Assembly (NCBI GenBank): GCA_040289575.1
Contig: PSLL01000012.1
Location: 21,047 to 37,062 of the forward strand
Direction: 5' to 3'
Length of the DNA stretch: 16,016 nt
Source: Candidatus Dadabacteria bacterium
GTDB lineage: Bacteria; Desulfobacterota_D; UBA1144; Nemesobacterales; CSP1-2
How positions within the stretch are numbered: position 1 is the stretch's first letter; each line of letters begins with the position of its first letter. Made by a program: the position numbers and the translations under genes. Positions 1-7,195 of the stretch are shown piece by piece. The notes under the pieces are model-generated. The model worked only from the letters and a program-made list of their open reading frames with translations. It had not been told where the DNA came from and ran no database searches.

Positions 1-1144
1 TCAAAGTGAACTCGGCACAACTGCTAAACACCCAAGATGGTGCATCGCATATAAATTTAAACCCCGTCAAGCCACAACTAAAATCCGCGACATAGTCATC
101 CAGGTAGGAAGGATGGGACTTCTTACGCCCGTTGCGAACCTTGAGCCTGTTAAGATTGGCGGCGTCACTGTAAGCCGTGCCACCCTACATACAGAAGATA
201 TAATAAGGGAGAAAGACATAAGGGTTGGAGACACAGTGATTGTAGAAAGGGCAGGAGACGTAATCCCGGAGATAGTAAAACCAATAGTTGAGAAAAGAAC
301 CGGAAAGGAAAAACCCTTCAGTATGCCTAAGTTATGTCCTTCATGTGGAACTCAGGTGGAAAAAGCCTTGAGTGAACTGGGTCAAACAGAAGGGAGTTAC
401 TATTATTGCCCTAATGCCTCATGCCCGGCTCAGTTAAAGGGCAGGATAAAACACCTGGCGTCAAGAAAGGCATTTGATATAGACGGACTCGGTGAGAAGG
501 TGATAGAACAGTTAATAAAAAAGGGACTAATAAGGGATCTAGCCGATATTTTTTATCTAAAAAAGAAAGACTTCATTGAACTTGAGCGATTTGCCGAGAG
601 ATCGGCATCGAATCTTGAAAAAGAGATTGAAAGAAGCAAAATAATATCATTTGGTCGTTTTCTTTATGGACTCAGTATCCGTCATATAGGTGAGAGGCTT
701 GCCCAGATAATTGCAGAGAGTTTCTCAAACTTGGAGTCTCTTATGGAAGCATCAGAAGAAAGATTAATAGAAATTCCAACGGTTGGGCCGGAAGTGGCAA
801 AAAGCATCGTGACTTTCTTCGGAGAGGAGAAAAATAGAAGTGTAATAAAAAAGATGCTGGATGCCGGGGTAAAAATCGAATACAAACCCAAAAAGGTGGA
901 GGCAATTTATAAATTGCCCCTATGGGGGAAAACATTCGTCTTTACAGGTGCTCTTGAATCTCTTACAAGAGAAGAGGCAAAGAGGATAGTTGAAGAACTG
1001 GGAGGCCGGGTCTCCTCTTCCGTAACAAAAAAAACCGATTATGTAGTATTAGGAAAGGACCCAGGCTCAAAGCTCGACGTTGCTAAATCTCTAGGGATCA
1101 AAATAATAGATGAAGGAGAATTTAAAAAATTTACCAATAGCTGA
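1..1144 (+). CDS. ligA: NAD-dependent DNA ligase, 5'-truncated by the window edge
   Basis: The frame is open from position 2 (QSELGTTAKHPRWCIAYKF...IQVGRMG), so ATG 113 is internal. Motifs: OB fold (VSRATLH, VERAGDVIP), C4 zinc finger (CPSC...CPNASC), HhH repeats (IDGLGEK, IPTVGPEVA) and C-terminal BRCT (GKTFVFTGAL...PGSKL). Confidence 0.98.
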   Translation, partial: QSELGTTAKHPRWCIAYKFKPRQATTKIRDIVIQVGRMGLLTPVANLEPVKIGGVTVSRATLHTEDIIREKDIRVGDTVIVERAGDVIPEIVKPIVEKRTGKEKPFSMPKLCPSCGTQVEKALSELGQTEGSYYYCPNASCPAQLKGRIKHLASRKAFDIDGLGEKVIEQLIKKGLIRDLADIFYLKKKDFIELERFAERSASNLEKEIERSKIISFGRFLYGLSIRHIGERLAQIIAESFSNLESLMEASEERLIEIPTVGPEVAKSIVTFFGEEKNRSVIKKMLDAGVKIEYKPKKVEAIYKLPLWGKTFVFTGALESLTREEAKRIVEELGGRVSSSVTKKTDYVVLGKDPGSKLDVAKSLGIKIIDEGEFKKFTNS

Positions 1145-1161
1145 TGCCATGCCCTAAACAC

Positions 1162-1908
1162 TCAGGTATGTGTTTTTATCCTTCTCTGTCTCATTATCTC
1201 ATATATCATTATCCCCGCTGCAACAGATGCGTTAAGAGACGAAACCTCCCCCACACTGGGAATGGATACAAGGAAATCGCACTCCTCTTTTACAAGCCTT
1301 CTTAATCCCTTTCCCTCCCCTCCTATGACAATGGCTAAATCCAGACCGCCTATTTCCTCTTCAAAAACCAATTTGGGAGCCGATGGATCGGCCCCTACAA
1401 TCCAAACACCCCTCTTCTTTAAATCATTAATTGTCGTAACGAGATTCACCACCCTGGCAATCCGAACAAACCCCGCCGCTCCAGCCGAAGCCTTTATAAC
1501 AGAAGAGGTCACTGGTGCTGCCCTATCCTTTGGAATTACTATGCCATGCGCTCCTAGTACATTCACAGTCCTTATTATCCCTCCGAGGTTTTGGGGGTCT
1601 TCAATGTGGTCGAGTATGACGAAAAGGAGTTTCTCTCTTTTCTCCTTTGCGTATCCGAGAATCTGTTCAACTTCCTTGTACTTAAACTCCGAAATCCTTG
1701 CTATAATCCCTTGGTGATGAGATGTACCCGAAATTCTTGAGAGCGCATCGCGCGGAAGGAAAGAAACTTTTATCCTCTTCTCCGCCGCGAGTTTCAGTAT
1801 TTCGGATATCCTTTCCTTTTCACTATCCTCAGAGATTAGGATTTCCTCTATCTTAGATGATGGCTGATAAATAGCCTCTTTCACCGGGTTTTTTCCATAT
1901 ATAATCAA
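1162..1908 (-). CDS. rlmB: 23S rRNA (Gm2251) 2'-O-methyltransferase, SpoU/TrmH family
   Basis: IYGKNPVKEA N-terminus, HQG, LDHIEDPQNLGGIIR, KASAGA, IGGEGKG and SSLNASVA SPOUT motifs. TTG start lies 2 nt after the upstream gene's stop. Confidence 0.95.
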   Translation of the reverse strand: MIIYGKNPVKEAIYQPSSKIEEILISEDSEKERISEILKLAAEKRIKVSFLPRDALSRISGTSHHQGIIARISEFKYKEVEQILGYAKEKREKLLFVILDHIEDPQNLGGIIRTVNVLGAHGIVIPKDRAAPVTSSVIKASAGAAGFVRIARVVNLVTTINDLKKRGVWIVGADPSAPKLVFEEEIGGLDLAIVIGGEGKGLRRLVKEECDFLVSIPSVGEVSSLNASVAAGIMIYEIMRQRRIKTHT

Positions 1909-1910
1909 TC

Positions 1911-3329
1911 CTATTGCACCTTACCTTGATAAGGGCTTTGTTCGATGGAGCCACTCTGGGCGTTTTGTGTCGAAAATTCCTCCTCTGCTTCTTTTATCCT
2001 GGTTAGAATCTTGTCATTTATCCACTTCTCATCCCACCACTCGGTTGGAAGCACAGGAACCCCTTGTATGAGCACCGCATAGTGGAGGTGATCTCCCGCC
2101 GCAAGCCCCGTCTCACCGGTTCTTCCGATTATCTGTTTTTTCTTAACTGTATCTCCAACCCTTACCCCTATTGAACTCATGTGCGCATACAGGGTCGAAA
2201 TCCCGAAGCCGTGGTCTATTATGACTGCATTTCCGTATATTCCTAAATCATCCGCAAATACAATCACACCATCGTTTGCAGCCTCGATTGGTGATTTCTC
2301 AGTCACAGCCAGATCATAGCCCAGATGATACTGATGGTCTATTACCTCTCCCTTATAAACGTATGTTCTATAATCCGCAAAATTTGCCTCTACCTTTGAG
2401 TTTGTAAGTTGATGGAAAGCCCCGTTCCAAAGTATCGTGTTCTTTGAGTTTACGCAGATTTTTTTAATCTCAGCTTCGTTTTTCTGTCTTATGTCGCGAT
2501 TCACTTTAAGGAATATATCCTTTAAATCCCCGGTTTGAGAAGAATTTCCGCCTAGAATGGGAGCCGCTTTTCTCTCTATGAAATCATCACTTATATTAAG
2601 TGTACTCTCCCTGTATTTCTTATACTTTAATCTGTATGAGAACCCCACCTCCTTTGAGTTTCCGGCTTCGTCTTCTGCGACAACCACAGGTCTTGCATCA
2701 GGACTCACATTATAGGGGTATGCAAAGAACGCAAGATATATGTTGGGGTCCTTAAAGTAACCCTTGTATCCCGGAAAGAAGTAGTCCCCAACCTTAACCC
2801 CGCTCTTTACTGTATCCGACGAGGCCTTATAAATCACAAGCCCCGAGCCACCAAAATTGATATAGTACTCCCGACCCGCCACCTCAAGCCTTGGGGGTGT
2901 AACATCTATTGTAACGTTTTTGATCACGGTCGTTTTATTGCCCCGAAAGAACCTCCACAATGACCTATCTATAGCCGTAATACTAATCGTTGCAGGTCCC
3001 TCTTTTATACCGACTTTTTTTGGATCGAGGGCAATTGTAATATTCTTTTCCTTTACAGGCATAGAATAATCTTCTTCAATAAACGGATACTCAGTTCCTC
3101 CTTCATTAATCACAACGGAAACCCTTTTCAGCCCGCTTCCTTTGTCTTTTACCTCTACACTAAATGGACGAAGCCCTATGAAGTTGGAGTCTAGTTTTAG
3201 ATTTACAGTCGGCGGATACCACTCAAACCGGGGAATGAAAAATACGACACCTCCAATTATGACAGCAAAGAGCACCAGATAGAAGAATGTTTTTATTATG
3301 CCGCCTATTCTACTTTTATCTCTTCTCAT
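1911..3329 (-). CDS. Membrane-anchored M23 family zinc metallopeptidase (putative peptidoglycan endopeptidase)
   Basis: Basic N-terminus plus one hydrophobic helix; HxxxD (HLGYD), YGNAVIIDHG, TLYAH and HxH (GDHLH). GGAAGGGG SD-like sequence upstream. Confidence 0.93.
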   Translation of the reverse strand: MRRDKSRIGGIIKTFFYLVLFAVIIGGVVFFIPRFEWYPPTVNLKLDSNFIGLRPFSVEVKDKGSGLKRVSVVINEGGTEYPFIEEDYSMPVKEKNITIALDPKKVGIKEGPATISITAIDRSLWRFFRGNKTTVIKNVTIDVTPPRLEVAGREYYINFGGSGLVIYKASSDTVKSGVKVGDYFFPGYKGYFKDPNIYLAFFAYPYNVSPDARPVVVAEDEAGNSKEVGFSYRLKYKKYRESTLNISDDFIERKAAPILGGNSSQTGDLKDIFLKVNRDIRQKNEAEIKKICVNSKNTILWNGAFHQLTNSKVEANFADYRTYVYKGEVIDHQYHLGYDLAVTEKSPIEAANDGVIVFADDLGIYGNAVIIDHGFGISTLYAHMSSIGVRVGDTVKKKQIIGRTGETGLAAGDHLHYAVLIQGVPVLPTEWWDEKWINDKILTRIKEAEEEFSTQNAQSGSIEQSPYQGKVQ

Positions 3330-3594
3330 TTAAAGATCCCCTTCCGTTTCAATCTACACTCACTTTGCTTATACAGCCTCAAAATAGATAAGACGATTAA
3401 ATATTATACAATTTATTACATCGGGCAATATACAATATCAAGTCGCGTTGAACACTGAGTTTATTATTTGAGTTCTTTGATAGGCTTAAAGATAAATCAC
3501 ACGAAGGTCTCAGTCGTCATTCCGAGCGCGTTCGTGAAGCTTATAACGACAAGGATTCGGTATTTCTGTAAGATCCATCCACTATACGACTAAC

Positions 3595-4365
3595 TCATCT
3601 CAATCCTAAAAATACAAGGATTATTCCCCACCCCAAAAGGGCAATCCCAAGGGGCGTGCTGAGCCGCCGCCCCCAAGGCATGTTCTTCTCAACAGCCATC
3701 ACAGTGCCCAGTGCAAGCATCCATCCAATATTCCCCGCACCTACCGAAAACATAAGAAACATTAATGCCCAGCAACAGCCTATGCAAAAGATTCCATGGT
3801 GCACGCCCAGTCGAAAGGCCTGCCCCCTCTCATGGCTTCCATGCCAGTGCTCTGTAATAAAGCTAAAGGGCGAGCGGCATTTGTCGAGACAGTAGTATTT
3901 AAGCGGGGTAAACTGATAAACCCCAGCTAGAATAATGGGCCCTGCTCCCAGAACCCAAGTATTACTCCCAAGCCAGGTATTGTGCTCAACGGTCTCATGC
4001 AGCCCCCAATCGCTTATATGGGCTAAGAAGCCAAATAGTACCCATATAGTTAAATAGCCGGCAATAAGCAGTGATACGAGGAGCATCTGATCCGACCGCC
4101 GACGCGTAATAGAATGAAAGAGAGTAATTAAGGGCAGGCTTGTGGGAAGCATCATAGCTATGGTCATTAATGTCCAGCCCAGAACAAAGATAAGGATTAG
4201 GAGAATATGCTCCCTATTAAGAAAAACATCTACTTCACCCAACCCTTCATGGCTCAAGAACCGTCCATAAGGGGATTGCCCCCATACCCAGAGAACCAGC
4301 CAGGTCAGGACGACCAGTGCCATCAACAAGGTTATGAAAGGTCTTCGGTCACTTACAGTCCACAT
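3595..4365 (-). CDS. DUF2182-like predicted metal-binding integral membrane protein
   Basis: Multiple TM helices with WTLMTIAMMLP, YQFTPLKYYCLDKCRSP, CIGCCWALM and MAVEK. Start moved from 4419 to ATG 4365 because AGGAGG lies 9 nt upstream and 4389-4427 is a hairpin. Confidence 0.85.
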   Translation of the reverse strand: MWTVSDRRPFITLLMALVVLTWLVLWVWGQSPYGRFLSHEGLGEVDVFLNREHILLILIFVLGWTLMTIAMMLPTSLPLITLFHSITRRRSDQMLLVSLLIAGYLTIWVLFGFLAHISDWGLHETVEHNTWLGSNTWVLGAGPIILAGVYQFTPLKYYCLDKCRSPFSFITEHWHGSHERGQAFRLGVHHGIFCIGCCWALMFLMFSVGAGNIGWMLALGTVMAVEKNMPWGRRLSTPLGIALLGWGIILVFLGLR

Positions 4366-4388
4366 ATTTTGAAACCTCCTTGGCTTTG

Positions 4389-4427
4389 CCCTTCCCATGA
4401 GCAACCAGCCTTGCTCCATGGGAAGGG
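4389..4427 (-). other. Strong intercistronic stem-loop
   Basis: + strand reads CCCTTCCCATGAGCAA-CCAGCC-TTGCTC(C)ATGGGAAGGG: 16-bp stem, 1-nt bulge, 6-nt loop. No U-tract follows on the coding strand. Confidence 0.8.
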
Positions 4428-4454
4428 TTACACCGAAGTTCTCTCCACAGCGCC

Positions 4455-5057
4455 TCAGCCTTGGAAGCGGAAATGCCCCTGAATGGCGTTGTGGTTCTGC
4501 AGGTTAATCTCTAAACCTAAGGCAGGTACCCTCGCCTTATATTTCAAGGCCTTCCCTATATACGCAGGGGAGCCTGGAATAGTTGTAAACACGCTGTCGT
4601 GAAGCGTTGTGGATTTGCCCGTCGCCCCTTGGAACGGCACCAGTTCAGCTTCAACGGCTCTGCCGATGTGCAGGGTTCCCCTCCCCTCTTTGACAGCAAA
4701 TGTAATGGGCACCCGCTCTACGCCGACTATTTCACCGACCAACTTTGCCAGGTCCGCGAGAGGCCCGCCAAGCTTACCGCCAAACGCATTCAAAAGGGCC
4801 TCCTGCTGCTGTGGCGTAGCCCTATCATCTACATAGATGGCAACCCGCCAGTTACCCTTCAGGATATTGCCCGGAATATGATTGAGTAAGATAAAGGAGA
4901 GGTTCGATACATCCACCCCGTTTACCGTTCCTTTGTCAATATGATACGCTACTACCCCGTCACATGTGCCGCCATCTGGGTCTTCTCCAATCCAGCAAGG
5001 ACATAGTACATTGCATGTACAGACTTCCAACAATTGTCCTTCTAATTGATATGACAT
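4455..5057 (-). CDS. DUF1326-like Cys-rich protein
   Basis: N-terminal EVCTCNVLCPCW...PDGGTC motif, HIDKG..NGVDVS and YVDDRATPQQQEAL...G.LGGP. GGAGG lies 8 nt upstream of ATG 5057. It has the usual adjacency to a DUF2182-like gene. Confidence 0.88.
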   Translation of the reverse strand: MSYQLEGQLLEVCTCNVLCPCWIGEDPDGGTCDGVVAYHIDKGTVNGVDVSNLSFILLNHIPGNILKGNWRVAIYVDDRATPQQQEALLNAFGGKLGGPLADLAKLVGEIVGVERVPITFAVKEGRGTLHIGRAVEAELVPFQGATGKSTTLHDSVFTTIPGSPAYIGKALKYKARVPALGLEINLQNHNAIQGHFRFQG

Positions 5058-5103
5058 GTTTAACACCTCCTTCTCTGAATTTTTTTACTATACACTCCCG
5101 TCA

Positions 5104-5277
5104 TTACTCGTCGTGAATAAGGGCGCGCACCTTCTCGACAAGCTCCTTCGGAATATCCTTCATACCGTGGTCCTTTTGACAGTGTTCAGCGGCCTTTTTC
5201 AAGACCTCTTCCTCAGTTTTACCACGGGCTACAAAATCGCAGTCCACACCCGCGTCTCTGCATGAAACTACCTTCAT
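5104..5277 (-). CDS. DUF1059-like small metal-binding protein (57 aa)
   Basis: MKVVSCRDAGVDCDFVARGKTEEEVL...EHCQKDHG gives C-x6-C...H-x4-H. AAGGAGGT SD lies upstream of ATG 5277. Confidence 0.88.
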   Translation of the reverse strand: MKVVSCRDAGVDCDFVARGKTEEEVLKKAAEHCQKDHGMKDIPKELVEKVRALIHDE

Positions 5278-5297
5278 CTTTCTCACCTCCTTTTTAT

Positions 5298-5480
5298 TTA
5301 TTCATCTTCCAGCATAGCCCTGATTTGTTCCCGAAGTTCAGGCGTATCAATATGACCATGGCTGGTTACCACATGGTATATAGCAAGCGGCAGAACTTCA
5401 CTCTCCTTGCCGCTAATTGTAACCGTACAGCTATTCTCACTGGGACGTTCCCTACAATCTAAAACCTTTCTCTTGTCCAT
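5298..5480 (-). CDS. DUF1059-like small metal-binding protein, second subfamily (60 aa)
   Basis: MDKRKVLDCRERPSENSCTVTISG...YHVVTSHGHIDTPELREQIR gives C-x8-C...H-x4-H. AAGGAGG SD upstream favours ATG 5480 over 5537. Confidence 0.82.
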   Translation of the reverse strand: MDKRKVLDCRERPSENSCTVTISGKESEVLPLAIYHVVTSHGHIDTPELREQIRAMLEDE

Positions 5481-5497
5481 GATATTTCCCTCCTTTT

Positions 5498-5557
5498 TTA
5501 AACCTCGAATCTGTACTTTAGCCATTTCTCTATCCATACCTTCGCCCTTTCAGCCAA
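5498..5557 (-). pseudogene. 3' remnant of a small gene paralogous to the ORF at 9930-10046
   Basis: Reads LAERAKVWIEKWLKYRFEV* versus ILERAKAFIEDRL*; 5519-5551 matches 9933-9965 at 26/33 nt. The stop lies just before the SD of the first DUF1059-like gene. Confidence 0.6.
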
Positions 5558-5873
5558 CTTCCTCTCCTGAATCACCCTAAGGAGCTTTCGTGAAGACCTA
5601 TATTACAGATTAAATGCAGTTCATATTCAGATGCCTTCTCTCCGTGAGATGAGGGAGGACATTCCAGTTCTTGCGAAGCATTTCTTAAATAGCTTTGGGA
5701 ATGAGATTGGAAAAGGCCTTATGAGCTTTTCTCCTGATGCGATGGGGTGTTTGGTGAGATACAGTTGGCCAGGGAATGTGAGGAGCGGAGGGAATAAACA
5801 AAAGGCCTCTCGGATTCTTGGACTTACGAGGCAGGGGCTGATAAAAAAGATAAAAAGGTATAAGCTATACTAA
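5558..5873 (+). pseudogene. Rearranged remnant of a sigma54 enhancer-binding protein
   Basis: From 5583 the + strand reads SFREDLYYRLNAVHIQMPSLREMREDIP...YSWPGNVR joined directly to a Fis-type HTH (SGGNKQKASRILGLTRQGLIKKIKRY). Walker A/B and the GAFTGA loop are absent. 5587-5558 on the - strand reads KLLRVIQERK. Confidence 0.9.
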
Positions 5874-5909
5874 ATTGATAGCGATAATCTCTAGAGGAGG
5901 CTTTTCAGG

Positions 5910-7121
5910 TTGATTGACTTTGAACTTACCCAAACTCAAAAAAACATAAAACAACTCCTCCACTGGTTTGCAGAAAAAAAGATGAGACCGATTTCTCTCC
6001 AGGTAGATAAGGAAGGAGATGTGCCAAGGGAATTTCTTATTGAAGTAATGAATCTGGGGATAAGCTCAGGCAATCCGCTTCTAGGAGAGATTGAGGCAGG
6101 AGAGGCTGTAAAAGATAAACAAGGAAAATCCCAGAAGGCAAGAATATCTGTAATTGCATCGGAAGAGCTTGCATGGGGAGACCCGGCGTTTGTCATCTCG
6201 TTTCCCGGCCCGGGTCTGGGTGCGCCGCCCGTAAAGATGATAGGGACTAAAGAGCAGAAAGAGAGATTCTTTAGGGTATTTAAAGACATATCGGAGCCCA
6301 GATGGGGAGCCTATGCGCTTACCGAGCCTGGAGCCGGTTCAGATGTCGCGGCGATAAAGACAACAGCCGTGCGGGATGGAAACCAATACATAATCAACGG
6401 AAGAAAGTGTTTTATCACAAACGGGGCAAGGGCATCATGGGTCGTGGTTTTTGCCACAGTTGACCCTAAATTGGGAAGAGAGGGGCATCGGGTATTTGTA
6501 GTTGAAAAAGGGACACCGGGATTCCTTCCCGGAAGGATTGAAGAGAAGATGGGACTTCGCGCATCGGAAACAGCGGAACTCGTATTTGAAGATTGTCGGG
6601 TGCCGATTGAAAACCTTCTCGGCGGCGAGGAATATTACAGCGAAAAGGCAAAAAAGGGATTTAAAACAGCAATGAAAACGTTTGATTCTACGCGTCCCCT
6701 TGTTGCAGCTATGGCAGTTGGAATAGCACGTGCGGCCTACGAATTGGTAAGAGACTGGACAAAAGAAAACCAACTCCTTTCGAGTCAACTCCCCAGATTT
6801 CGTGGTCTTAAGGATACACTCGATGAAATGGATGCAGAGATTAATGCCGCAAGGCTCCTTTGCTGGCGTGCCGCCTGGATGATTGACGAAGGGCTTCCGA
6901 ATTCAAAAGAGGCATCAATGGCAAAGGCCTACGCCGCAGAGGTAGTGGGAAAAGTCACATCAAAGGCAATTGAGATTATGGGAGTCCACGGATGCCTCAG
7001 AGAAAACCTCATTGAGAAACTCTACAGAGACCAGAAGGTCTTTGACATATTCGAGGGCACAGGGCAGATACAGAGAATTATAATCTCACGCCGAATCTTT
7101 GAGGCTATGGGAGTCGAATAA
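5910..7121 (+). CDS. Acyl-CoA dehydrogenase family protein
   Basis: YALTEPGAGSD, INGRKCFITNG, KMGLRASETAEL.FEDC, EASMAK and catalytic IFEGT. TTG start with GAGGAGG SD at 5894-5900. Confidence 0.95.
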   Translation: MIDFELTQTQKNIKQLLHWFAEKKMRPISLQVDKEGDVPREFLIEVMNLGISSGNPLLGEIEAGEAVKDKQGKSQKARISVIASEELAWGDPAFVISFPGPGLGAPPVKMIGTKEQKERFFRVFKDISEPRWGAYALTEPGAGSDVAAIKTTAVRDGNQYIINGRKCFITNGARASWVVVFATVDPKLGREGHRVFVVEKGTPGFLPGRIEEKMGLRASETAELVFEDCRVPIENLLGGEEYYSEKAKKGFKTAMKTFDSTRPLVAAMAVGIARAAYELVRDWTKENQLLSSQLPRFRGLKDTLDEMDAEINAARLLCWRAAWMIDEGLPNSKEASMAKAYAAEVVGKVTSKAIEIMGVHGCLRENLIEKLYRDQKVFDIFEGTGQIQRIIISRRIFEAMGVE

Positions 7122-7178
7122 CCATCCACTTTAAGCTTTTATATTTCGATTCATAGTAATGATTAGGCATTAAGAAGG

Positions 7179-7184
7179 TATAAT
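7179..7184 (+). promoter_or_regulatory. Putative sigma70 -10 box for uvrA
   Basis: Perfect TATAAT ending 11 nt before the ATG. No good -35. TAATG-N6-CATTA inverted repeat at 7157-7172. Confidence 0.45.
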
Positions 7185-7195
7185 TCATTAGAACT

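Noticed and set aside
1262..1717. This 151-aa ORF and the other antisense or alternate-frame ORFs over ligA, ACAD, uvrA, the bEBP, nuo and eno
   Set aside because: Shadow ORFs of well-supported genes, with no motifs.
4389..4457. TGA stop of the DUF1326-like gene followed by a hairpin, as a possible selenocysteine/SECIS signal
   Set aside because: The TGA falls at the expected C-terminus, read-through adds only 8 codons before TAA, and the hairpin starts 27 nt downstream.
5871..5880. TAAATTGATA also present at 10263-10272
   Set aside because: An AT-rich 10-mer in non-equivalent positions; plausibly chance.
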